Positions 26,420 through 35,185 of a stretch of 64,000 bases of DNA are shown piece after piece. Location: assembly GCA_030526355.1 (NCBI GenBank), contig JAUNDC010000009.1, positions 1,226 to 65,225 on the forward strand. Reading direction: 5' to 3'. The DNA is from Bacillota bacterium. Its GTDB lineage: Bacteria; Bacillota; Clostridia; Peptostreptococcales; Anaerovoracaceae. How positions within the stretch are numbered: the first letter of the stretch is position 1; each line of letters begins with the position of its first letter. The notes under the pieces were generated by a model. That model searched no databases. It was not told the origin of the DNA and worked only from the letters and a program-made list of their open reading frames with translations. The translations under genes and the position numbers were made by a program.

Positions 26420-27118
26420 TCACCCCGCAGCGCGCGCCTGTTTTTGCTCCCGCAATTTCCAGCTGATAAATCCATACAGATCATTGACAAGGAAAGTAGC
26501 GAAGCACAGAATCATAGGCAGGTACGCAAAATTCTCAACAGTCGCCAATATCCACAGGATTATCAGCACCATGTCGTTGGCGGCATAAGCCACAGCATAC
26601 CAGGAGCTTCGGAACAGCATCATATATGATGCGAGGAAGCTTGTAGTCACAGATACTATGCTAAAAAACAGATTCGGCGTATCCAATGCTGTGAGAATTA
26701 CCCCAAACAACGCTGTAGCGACAGTAGCCAGCACCCACATGCACACCGTCTGCTTCACCGAAAGCGTATTTATCTCCACAACGTTCCGATCCTCTTCATA
26801 CGGATGCCTGAGCCACGAAACAATCGACATAACCGCAATCGGCGCAGTCATACCCAGATATGTGATCATTTCTCCGTAATATCGAAAATCGTATGAGGTT
26901 ATAGCATAGAGTATACTGAATATGACTACCAGTATCTGACCCCACACATTTCCCTTTGCAATAAAAATCAGTGCAGTCACTCCGATGTCAGTTGCGGCTA
27001 GTTTTATTAGGCTCACATCTCCCGTCATAATATTTGAAACCGTTACAATAACGAACGATATTATCCACAGCACCCATTCCTTTTTCGTAAGTTCCCTGAA
27101 GGGATTCATCAAAACCAA
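26420..27118 (-). CDS. pnuC: Nicotinamide riboside transporter PnuC
   Basis: 7-TM protein with the typical C-terminal ..FLVNDLYGFISWK. The start is either TTG 27118 (7 nt after AAGGAG 27131-27126) or ATG 27109. Confidence 0.7.
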   Translation of the reverse strand: MVLMNPFRELTKKEWVLWIISFVIVTVSNIMTGDVSLIKLAATDIGVTALIFIAKGNVWGQILVVIFSILYAITSYDFRYYGEMITYLGMTAPIAVMSIVSWLRHPYEEDRNVVEINTLSVKQTVCMWVLATVATALFGVILTALDTPNLFFSIVSVTTSFLASYMMLFRSSWYAVAYAANDMVLIILWILATVENFAYLPMILCFATFLVNDLYGFISWKLREQKQARAAG

Positions 27119-27131
27119 AATTTCACTCCTT

Positions 27132-27190
27132 AAAAAAACAAGCACACGTTGATGCATCTTCAAAGACCTAACGATACATCACGAGTGCTT
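27132..27190 (-). promoter_or_regulatory. Leader terminator (attenuator) in the pnuC 5' UTR
   Basis: On the minus strand an imperfect 16-bp hairpin (AAGCACTCGTGATGTATC / GATGCATCAACGTGTGCTT) is followed by a T-tract (GTTTTTTT), and this abuts the AAGGAG SD. Confidence 0.5.
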
Positions 27191-27235
27191 ACGCACAACT
27201 ACCCGGTGGCAGTAAATATTCTGTTTCCTGTTTTT

Positions 27236-27263
27236 ATTATACATGAGCAATACGAAATTTCAA
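27236..27263 (-). promoter_or_regulatory. Candidate pnuC promoter
   Basis: Minus strand: TTGAAA (27263-27258), a 16-nt spacer, then TATAAT (27241-27236). This implies a ~120-nt leader. Confidence 0.4.
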
Positions 27264-27294
27264 TATTTTTTTACGCGCTGAGGCGGCGCTGTCA

Positions 27295-27337
27295 TTTTCG
27301 ACGTGTCGGGGCAAAATCAGCTGCTACATGTCGAAAA
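27295..27337 (-). repeat. Orphan family-A hairpin (inverted relative to the array copies)
   Basis: TTTTCGACGTG (27295-27305) and CATGTCGAAAA (27327-27337), again with a 32-nt offset. The loop matches the reverse complement of array units 2 and 4 at 16 of 21 positions, and the TATAT flank is shared. Confidence 0.85.
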
Positions 27338-27411
27338 TATATTGCTGCCCTTAAACCTAAAATCAAATCTGCCCGCCAGCCTGCGAGCACGCCCATCATC
27401 AACACTGTTCT

Positions 27412-28599
27412 TCAGACCTGCCCGCCATCAATACCGGTCTTCAGTCTTTCCATCGCCGCTTTCAAGGTTTCCCGCGGGCAGGCAAAGTTTATCCGCTGAA
27501 ACGAAGCACCGTCCCCGCCGAAAATATATCCATCATCGAGAGCCAGCCGTGCGTTTTGCATAACAAGCTTCTGCAGGCTGTCTGCATCAAACACGTAGCT
27601 GCTGAAATCAAGCCACGCCAGATACGTTCCCTCAGGTCTTCTGAACCGTACTTCCGGCAGCCGCGATGCTATGAAATCCTCCAGATAGTCCAGATTTCCT
27701 GACAGATATGCAAGCAGCTGCTCCAGCCATTCCTCACCTTCATTATAAGCCGCAGTCTGCGCAGCAAGACCGAAAACGTTTGGCATCACACCGGCGGATT
27801 TGAAGCTCGCTGCAAGCTTTCTTCGCCTGCGAGTATCAGGCACAATGATGTCCGAAACCTGCACCCCTGCCAGATTAAAAGTTTTGGACGGAGCTGTACA
27901 TGTGATTGTATTCATCATCAGTTCCTCTGACAGACTGGCCACAGGAATATGTACATTGGGACGATAAACCAGATCCGAATGAATCTCATCAGATACCAGC
28001 AGCACGTCATGTGCCAGACAAATTTCAGAAACCTTGAGCAGCTCATCCTCCGTCCACACACGCCCGACAGGATTGTGCGGGCTGCAAAGGAGCATCATTT
28101 TAACCCGTTCGTCTGCCGCCAGCCTTTCCAGCTCGTCAAAATTCATTTCATATCTGCCATCATTATTAAGCAATCTGTTATTTATCACATGGCAGCCGTT
28201 ATCCTCTATCACATTATAAAACGGATAATATACCGGGCTCTGAACTATCACTTTGTCCCCGGAACTGCAAAAGGTCTTCACAATATGCCACAGAGCCGGA
28301 ACGACTCCTGGTGAAAACAGTAGCCACTTCCGCTCAATACTCCAGCCGTTCCTGCGCTTCTGCCAGCTGATGACCGCTTCATAAAACTTATCCTCCGCCA
28401 GAGCATATCCAAATATACCATGCTCCGCACGAGCCTTAACCGCATCCACTATAGGCTGTGCTGTTCTGAAATCCATATCCGCCACCCACAGCGGAATGCA
28501 GTCTGCACTTCCGAAATGTTTCTCCAGGTACGACGGAGACCATTTCATGGAATCTGTATTTCTTCTGTCAATTACTTCATCAAAATTATATTTCATCAT
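27412..28599 (-). CDS. MalY/PatB-type PLP-dependent C-S lyase (aminotransferase class I/II)
   Basis: YNFDEVIDRRNTDSMKW N-terminal signature, and SPHNPVGRVW, SDEIHSDLVY, SPSKTFNLAG (PLP lysine). Confidence 0.85.
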   Translation of the reverse strand: MMKYNFDEVIDRRNTDSMKWSPSYLEKHFGSADCIPLWVADMDFRTAQPIVDAVKARAEHGIFGYALAEDKFYEAVISWQKRRNGWSIERKWLLFSPGVVPALWHIVKTFCSSGDKVIVQSPVYYPFYNVIEDNGCHVINNRLLNNDGRYEMNFDELERLAADERVKMMLLCSPHNPVGRVWTEDELLKVSEICLAHDVLLVSDEIHSDLVYRPNVHIPVASLSEELMMNTITCTAPSKTFNLAGVQVSDIIVPDTRRRRKLAASFKSAGVMPNVFGLAAQTAAYNEGEEWLEQLLAYLSGNLDYLEDFIASRLPEVRFRRPEGTYLAWLDFSSYVFDADSLQKLVMQNARLALDDGYIFGGDGASFQRINFACPRETLKAAMERLKTGIDGGQV

Positions 28600-28774
28600 C
28601 TCTACCTCTCTCGTATAACGAGCTCCGATTTATCACAATTTCAATTCACCAGAGCTGTAGCTATGCATTTGTATAAAGTATAACATTTTCCTGAATGCAT
28701 TTCATCGTCACATTGACATTTGGATACCTCAGGTCTAAAATATTCAATATCTTCATCAAAGCGAGGAATATCAA

Positions 28775-29773
28775 ATGTTCAGCGAAGTGTTCTTTTTTAC
28801 ATATATATTTGCAGGGTTTGTTGGCCTGCTTGTTATCCTTCTGATTCTACTCCTTACAAAATACCGCACAGACGGCAACCGCAATCTGCTGTCGGCAATA
28901 AGGAACTTCATGATATGCACCGCACTCATCGACGCATTGTACTTTTATATAGATTACAAGGTTCTGGCCACCGGACAGCATACGACATCACCTATCATGC
29001 GTATAGTTGATATATGTCTCTTCATTGGACAGGTATATTTCTGGTCCTCTTATCTCAGAGAAAAAAGCGACATTAAACGCCCGTATGCAAAAAGTACTTC
29101 AATCATTCTTCATGCTCTTTTTATTATATCTGCTGCTGTAGCTGTAGCATGCTACGGATTCCTTATGAATGACTACTATCTGACAGAACCCGGCACTCAA
29201 CGCACGGCTACGGTATTAACGGAAATATTCCTTGGGGTATTCCTGACCTTCGTAAACCTGTGGCAGCTTTGTAAAAGCCTCGGCGAGCTGGTTCAGAAAA
29301 AAATCAGAGTTCTAGTCACCATGATATCGATTTTCATCGCTGTCAACGGAATATGGAATGCTATATTGGTAACCCTGATAATGACCGGATACTCTGATCC
29401 GGAAAACGGAACCCTACCGGACCCCACAGCACTGTTCATTTTCATTATCAATCTGCTGACAATACTACTAGTGCTTCAGGAAGATTTCTCTGCTCTGTTT
29501 ACAATTCCCGACGAACAACCGGAGCAGACCCCGTCCATGGAGTCACGTCTGGATTTCATCGCCCAGACCCACAACCTGACTCGACGCGAACGTGAAGTAA
29601 TGGAGTTAGCCTACAACGGAATGACAAACCCCGAAATCGCCGAAGAACTTGTCATTTCCCGATACACTGTCAAACGTCATATGCACAATATCTTCGAGAA
29701 GCTTGATATTTCAACACGTATGGAGCTGGTCCACTTAGTGAACCAGGAAAATGGTCCAGGTGGACTATTGTAA
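28775..29773 (+). CDS. Membrane-embedded LuxR-family regulator (multi-TM N-terminus + HTH)
   Basis: About 7 predicted TM helices followed by LTRREREVMELAYNGMTNPEIAEELVISRYTVKRHMHNIFEKLDISTRMELV. Confidence 0.8.
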   Translation: MFSEVFFFTYIFAGFVGLLVILLILLLTKYRTDGNRNLLSAIRNFMICTALIDALYFYIDYKVLATGQHTTSPIMRIVDICLFIGQVYFWSSYLREKSDIKRPYAKSTSIILHALFIISAAVAVACYGFLMNDYYLTEPGTQRTATVLTEIFLGVFLTFVNLWQLCKSLGELVQKKIRVLVTMISIFIAVNGIWNAILVTLIMTGYSDPENGTLPDPTALFIFIINLLTILLVLQEDFSALFTIPDEQPEQTPSMESRLDFIAQTHNLTRREREVMELAYNGMTNPEIAEELVISRYTVKRHMHNIFEKLDISTRMELVHLVNQENGPGGLL

Positions 29774-29843
29774 AAAGCACACTTTTGGATTAAAAAATAA
29801 ATTAGTCAGAAAATTATTTTTATTCTGAAAGGAGAGTGAGACA

Positions 29844-32033
29844 ATGAAAGGAAAGTTAAAGAAGATACTGGCTGTCTGCTTATCCGCAGCACTCATTTTT
29901 ACATTTACAGCATGCGGCAGCACAGGTATCGATTCAGAGCTTTCCATGGCACCTGCCGTGGAAAAGTATCTTGAAAGCGTAGATCAGGAATACGCCTACG
30001 GTATTGCGGAAACCCTGGCGTATGATGAAGAGTATCTTTCCAATGAACTTGGCTGGAGAACTGCCGGTTCTGATGCAGAGCACAAGGCTGCAGACTATCT
30101 GGCAAAGGAAATGGAAACCTTGGGGCTTGAGGACGTGGAAAAAGTACCCGTAACAGTGGATAAATGGCAGTTCAATGATGCTGCCCTCACCATTGACGGC
30201 ACTGACATCGATATCATGCCTGCTTCATATGCCACAAACGGTACTGACAAGGACGGTATCACTGCTGAAATCGTAGATGTAGGAGGTGGAACGGCTGCCG
30301 ATTATGATGGCAAGGATGTTAATGGCAAAATAGCACTTGCAGGTATAGATCAGTGGAACGTTGCATGGATTGACCAGTACATGAACGAAGCTGCACTTCA
30401 CGGTGCTGCAGCTGTAGTTACTTATGATACCGGCGGCTATGCTACATATTCCGATGATATGATCAACATGCAGGATCTCTGTGCAGAAGATGTAATCCCT
30501 TGCGTCAGCATCAGCAAGAACCAGTACAATCAAATCGCTGCTGCAATCAAGGACGGCAACAGCAATGCCACATTAAAGGTTGATAATGTAATGGAGCCTG
30601 ACAAAGGCACAAGCTACAACGTCATCGGCAAAATCAAAGGGAAATCATCTGACCAGCAGATTATCGTGTCAGGACATTATGACGTATACTTTAACGGTTT
30701 CCAGGATGACAGCTGCGCAATCGGACTGGTGCTGGCAATGGCCAAGGCAATGAAGGATTCAGAATATACTCCTGAAAACGACATCATTTTCGTAGCTCAC
30801 GGCTCAGAAGAATGGGGCGCTATAGGAAGCCAGTTCGACTGGACTACGGGCGCATGGGAAATGATAAACAATGCTCACCCTGAATGGGCAGGAAAAACTA
30901 TCGCAATGATCAACTTCGAACTGCCGGCATTCTATGACGGCAAAGAGCAGAGCCAGATCAGCTGCGTTCCTGAATTCGCCGGCATCGTAAACAATCTCGT
31001 ATCGGATTCAGGACTTCTGGCTGCACCAGCTAACGATATTTATCCTGAAGGCATCAGCGAAACCTCTGTGGATTCCAATACTATGGAAGACGGAGTTTCA
31101 TACCGGGCAGCAGGAGTACCTTACTTTATCAATATGCCGGGAACACAGGACGGTGACAAGGGCTGGATACAGCAGCGCTACCACACCGTTGCAGATGACA
31201 AGGATACCTATAATGCTGATGTAATGACCACCAATATCAACACCTACGGAGCTCTGGCAATCTATCTTGATCAGACACCTGCATTGCAGCTTGATCTCAC
31301 AGCAACCTGCGATGACATCGATGAAGCACTCAACGAAGACATCGCCAAAGCTGCCGATGCAGATATAGAAGCATACAAAAAAGCTTCAGCAGAGCTGAGA
31401 ACAGCAGCCGAAGGATTCAACAATAAAATAAGTGACATAAACACAAGATACGAGCAAGCTGTCAAAGACGGTGCTTCAGAGGATGAACTGGCAGCTATAA
31501 GAGCAGAAGGGACGGAGCTCAACAAGCAGACCCTCAAAGCATTCAAATATGTTCAGGACAATTTCATCGGCATCATCCTCACTTCTGATATCGTAATCAA
31601 GCATGTTCCATATCAGAACAACATTGATGTTATTTCAGGCGTGACAGCAGCCCTTGAAAAAGGAGAACTGTCAAGTGAAGATGAAACATCCGGAGCATTG
31701 GATCTGGCATGGCAGATTAACGGAGGTTCAGAATACGGCTATTACAACTTCAGCCCTGAAACCAACGAAGCCTCACACAAAACCCTGCTGGAAGACACCA
31801 ACAAAGGCAATATTTTCTGGGGAACAGGCAAAGGCTCAATACTTGCAGATACCAGTGAAGCAACAATGTCGGTACTCGACAAAGCCGCAGCAGCTGCAGA
31901 AGGCGAAAAGGTTTCATACGATGAAGAAATCACAATCTACAACAATGCCGTATCAGCACAGCAGAAAGAGCTGGCAAAAACAATGAAAGCCGAAACCGAA
32001 GCCATGATTAAGCTTGCAGATTTATTAAAATAA
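29844..32033 (+). CDS. M28-family aminopeptidase lipoprotein with PA domain and a long C-terminal helical region
   Basis: Lipobox LIFTFTAC-GS. SGHYDVYFNGFQDDSCAIG and HGSEEWG metal-ligand-like motifs. The last ~250 aa are Ala/Glu/Lys-rich. Confidence 0.7.
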   Translation: MKGKLKKILAVCLSAALIFTFTACGSTGIDSELSMAPAVEKYLESVDQEYAYGIAETLAYDEEYLSNELGWRTAGSDAEHKAADYLAKEMETLGLEDVEKVPVTVDKWQFNDAALTIDGTDIDIMPASYATNGTDKDGITAEIVDVGGGTAADYDGKDVNGKIALAGIDQWNVAWIDQYMNEAALHGAAAVVTYDTGGYATYSDDMINMQDLCAEDVIPCVSISKNQYNQIAAAIKDGNSNATLKVDNVMEPDKGTSYNVIGKIKGKSSDQQIIVSGHYDVYFNGFQDDSCAIGLVLAMAKAMKDSEYTPENDIIFVAHGSEEWGAIGSQFDWTTGAWEMINNAHPEWAGKTIAMINFELPAFYDGKEQSQISCVPEFAGIVNNLVSDSGLLAAPANDIYPEGISETSVDSNTMEDGVSYRAAGVPYFINMPGTQDGDKGWIQQRYHTVADDKDTYNADVMTTNINTYGALAIYLDQTPALQLDLTATCDDIDEALNEDIAKAADADIEAYKKASAELRTAAEGFNNKISDINTRYEQAVKDGASEDELAAIRAEGTELNKQTLKAFKYVQDNFIGIILTSDIVIKHVPYQNNIDVISGVTAALEKGELSSEDETSGALDLAWQINGGSEYGYYNFSPETNEASHKTLLEDTNKGNIFWGTGKGSILADTSEATMSVLDKAAAAAEGEKVSYDEEITIYNNAVSAQQKELAKTMKAETEAMIKLADLLK

Positions 32034-32059
32034 ACTCCATTTAATTACATACGATTATC

Positions 32060-32097
32060 GCCGCATCGGATGATTACTGCCGATGCGGCAGTTTATT
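32060..32097. terminator. Intrinsic terminator between convergent genes
   Basis: GCCGCATCGG (32060-32069) pairs perfectly with CCGATGCGGC (32080-32089) around a 10-nt loop, followed by AGTTTATT. The stem core CATCGG/CCGATG is the same as in family B. Confidence 0.6.
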
Positions 32098-32126
32098 CGT
32101 CAGCCTGTTTTTATGTAAAATGCACA

Positions 32127-33239
32127 CTAGCTGTCTGCCATGGCTTTGAGCTCAAGCCGGCAGTTGGCATCCTCACGTATCAGTGCATAAATGACTGCGG
32201 CAAGCGGTATAAACAATATCATTCCCAGAAGACCAAAAAGCTTGCCGCCGATAAACACAGCAAGCAGAGTCCATAACGGAGAAAGCCCAACTGAGCTTCC
32301 CACAACATTAGGGTATATGAACTGATTCTCGATAAACTGCACCACCAGATAAACTATGATACAGACAATAACCTTCGACGGCTCAGCCAGCAATGTCAGC
32401 AGCGCACCGATACCGCAGGCGCAGAAAGCACCAATATAAGGAATAAATGCACATATGCATGTAAGCATTGCCGTTATACCTGCATAAGGCAGCCTGAATA
32501 TCGAGAAAGCAATCAGTATCAGCAGCCCCAGAATAATAGCCTCCACACACTGCCCTGACAGAAATCTAGCGTAAGTATCCCTGAGAAGTCCGGTGATATG
32601 ATATATCTTGTCTGCCGTTCTTTTTTTGAGATACGCATAGCAGATTTTTCTGCAATGTCTGGACAATGTTATCTTGCTAAGCAGCACATATACCGACACA
32701 ACTATAGCAACACCTGCGGAAACAACACCGGAAACCGTAGTGCTGGCAACGTCCACCACATGATTCGCAACCGAACCTGCTCCGTTCACAATGTTTTTTA
32801 TCAGACTTTCAGCATTAAAGCCTGCAAGCCACGTTGTTATATAATCGGTATTGATATCATATTTCTGAAGGCTCTGACTCAGCTCAGGCCATTTATCTCT
32901 AAACATATCGTATGCACTGTTGACTGAGTTTATCAGTTCAGGCACCAGTAGCCATCCCGCAAGGAATACCACCAGCAGTATGGATATTATCGTAAGCAGC
33001 AGGCTTATCATGTTCACCGGCTTCTGAGCCGGATATCTTCCCAGTCTGGCAGCCAGCTTCATTATCATCTTGCTGAAGCCGTTCATAGGAACGTTCAGAA
33101 CGAATGCAAGCACAAGCCCAAGCACAACCGGGAAAATCAGACTTCCCGCCTGTTTAAGAAGCCCCCATACAAGCTCAATATTATAAAACACTGCAAACAG
33201 CACCAGCGCAAATACAATAAGAAGACACTTTTCCTTCAT
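32127..33239 (-). CDS. AI-2E family transporter (PerM/UPF0118)
   Basis: 8-TM profile and the conserved C-terminal ..VQFIENQFIYPNVVGSSVGLSPLWTL... The start is uncertain (ATG 33239, TTG 33251 or GTG 33293). Confidence 0.75.
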   Translation of the reverse strand: MKEKCLLIVFALVLFAVFYNIELVWGLLKQAGSLIFPVVLGLVLAFVLNVPMNGFSKMIMKLAARLGRYPAQKPVNMISLLLTIISILLVVFLAGWLLVPELINSVNSAYDMFRDKWPELSQSLQKYDINTDYITTWLAGFNAESLIKNIVNGAGSVANHVVDVASTTVSGVVSAGVAIVVSVYVLLSKITLSRHCRKICYAYLKKRTADKIYHITGLLRDTYARFLSGQCVEAIILGLLILIAFSIFRLPYAGITAMLTCICAFIPYIGAFCACGIGALLTLLAEPSKVIVCIIVYLVVQFIENQFIYPNVVGSSVGLSPLWTLLAVFIGGKLFGLLGMILFIPLAAVIYALIREDANCRLELKAMADS

Positions 33240-33501
33240 ACTCTTATCCAAATAATCACCCTCTTTTCCTTCATTCTCCAATAAAACTATCACTCCATAT
33301 ACATTATATCAACCACTGTCACACAATCTTTATACAATTTACACAATGAATACAAGCGCCTGATAATCTTTTAGCCCGAAAATTCTGCCGCGAACAATTG
33401 CCACGGTATATATATTTGCGGTATTATAGAAGCAGAACAGGTGGCTTCTGCAAAACGCACACTGACGTCACTGATACCAGCAACATGAAAGCGTGATAAA
33501 T

Positions 33502-34371
33502 ATGAAAGATACCAGAAAATCATTACTGCCTCTGATTACCATAACCTGCGTAATCATCATATGGGGCTTCGACTTTATTGCAATAGAGTATATGCTGCAG
33601 TACATGTCCTCCGGAGTTTTCACACTGCTGAGGCTTGTTATCGGAAGCATCGTTCTTGTTACAATGTGCATGATCAGAAACAAAGGAATTCATATAAATA
33701 AGGAGGATCGGCTGCGGTTCTTCATATGCGGCGCAACTGCAATGTCGCTGTATTTTACGCTGGAGGGTATAGGCATATCACTTACCTCGGCGTCCTTTGG
33801 CTCTCTGATACTGGCAACTGTGCCTATGTTCGGAATAATCGGGGACAGGATTGTATTCAAAAGAAAAATAACAAGGCTCAAAATAATATGCATAGCAGTT
33901 TCCATCGCCGGTGTATATCTTCTTGTGGCAGGAGATCTGAGCGGACCTAAGCTCAAAGGCCTCGGCTTCATAGTTTTGGCTGCCATCGTATGGGTCTTCC
34001 AGATAACATATATGAAACCGCTGTATGAAAAATACGACCTGATAACAATACTCACCGGCATTTTCATATCAGGAGCTGTGTTCCAGTGCCCTGTTGCTCT
34101 CCTCAGCCACCCCCACTTCAGCATCACTGCCGAGGGCATCATCATCCTGATAGCCACGACAATAATATGCATGATAATAGGAGAAGCCGGCTATGTCTAC
34201 GCAATAGGAAATCTATCTGTAACAGTAGTCTCGGCATTCGAGAATCTGCTACCGGCAGTTACCATAATACTGGCATTTATCATCTATGGCACTATGCTTA
34301 CAGGACTGCAGCTGCTGGGTGCTGCCCTCATCATATGCTCCGTAATGCTCATCGCCCTGCGTGACAACTAA
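33502..34371 (+). CDS. DMT-superfamily (EamA-like) transporter
   Basis: 10-TM protein made of two EamA-like halves. ATG 33502 is preferred over GTG 33493. Confidence 0.75.
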   Translation: MKDTRKSLLPLITITCVIIIWGFDFIAIEYMLQYMSSGVFTLLRLVIGSIVLVTMCMIRNKGIHINKEDRLRFFICGATAMSLYFTLEGIGISLTSASFGSLILATVPMFGIIGDRIVFKRKITRLKIICIAVSIAGVYLLVAGDLSGPKLKGLGFIVLAAIVWVFQITYMKPLYEKYDLITILTGIFISGAVFQCPVALLSHPHFSITAEGIIILIATTIICMIIGEAGYVYAIGNLSVTVVSAFENLLPAVTIILAFIIYGTMLTGLQLLGAALIICSVMLIALRDN

Positions 34372-34454
34372 GCAGCTTTTCTTGCTAAATTATACATTAA
34401 ATTCTTCAGAAATACTCATTAATTTTTACCAAATATTTGTACTTATTTGCAGTT

Positions 34455-34472
34455 TTGTTAAGTATTTCACAA
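34455..34472. promoter_or_regulatory. Candidate Rex (redox repressor) operator
   Basis: TTGTTAA-GTAT-TTCACAA fits the TTGTKAA-N4-TTMACAA type of Rex box. It lies ~240 nt upstream of the hydrogenase operon. Confidence 0.35.
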
Positions 34473-34710
34473 AAAATCGCCGAAATTCTTTTCATTTTTT
34501 TGATAAATTTACGCACTTTTTTGCCTGTTTTTAAGAAAAATTCTTCTTTTTACACGAAAAAACGTCAAAATTTTTCCGATTTTTGTATCAAAAAGCAACC
34601 TAGTGTCTAGACATCCGCAGCACCATAATGTAGAATGTTTACATAATTATTAAAACAAATATAAAAGGTAATTGTTAAAGTCATATCAAATGTAAGAAAG
34701 GGCCGATAAG

Positions 34711-35175
34711 ATGGAAAACAAAGAAATGTGCAGAAAAATCGATGAAATAATCGCGAAGCACGAACCCAAAAGACCTATCGTAGCAATTCTTCAGGACATC
34801 CAGGAGGAATACAGATACCTTCCTAAGGAAGCTCTGCTGTACCTGTCCGATGCTGTAGATGTAAGCATCGCCAAAATCTACAGTGTAGCTACATTCTACG
34901 AAAACTTCTCGCTTGAACCTAAGGGCAAATACGTTATCAAAATCTGTGATGGAACTGCCTGCCACGTGAGAAAATCAATTCCTATTCTGAACGCACTCAG
35001 AAACAAGCTCGGACTCACAGAAGACAAAAAGACAACAGATGACGGACTCTTCACCGTAGAAACCGTATCATGTCTGGGCGCATGCGGACTGGCTCCTGTA
35101 ATGACCGTAAATGACAAGGTTCATCCAGCCATGACTCCGGAATCAGCTACTGCTCTCTTGGACGAACTGAAATAG
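34711..35175 (+). CDS. hydC: [FeFe]-hydrogenase subunit HydC (NuoE-like, [2Fe-2S])
   Basis: CDGTACHVRKS .. VSCLGACGLAPVM, the four-Cys NuoE signature. Confidence 0.9.
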   Translation: MENKEMCRKIDEIIAKHEPKRPIVAILQDIQEEYRYLPKEALLYLSDAVDVSIAKIYSVATFYENFSLEPKGKYVIKICDGTACHVRKSIPILNALRNKLGLTEDKKTTDDGLFTVETVSCLGACGLAPVMTVNDKVHPAMTPESATALLDELK

Positions 35176-35185
35176 GAGGATCAGA

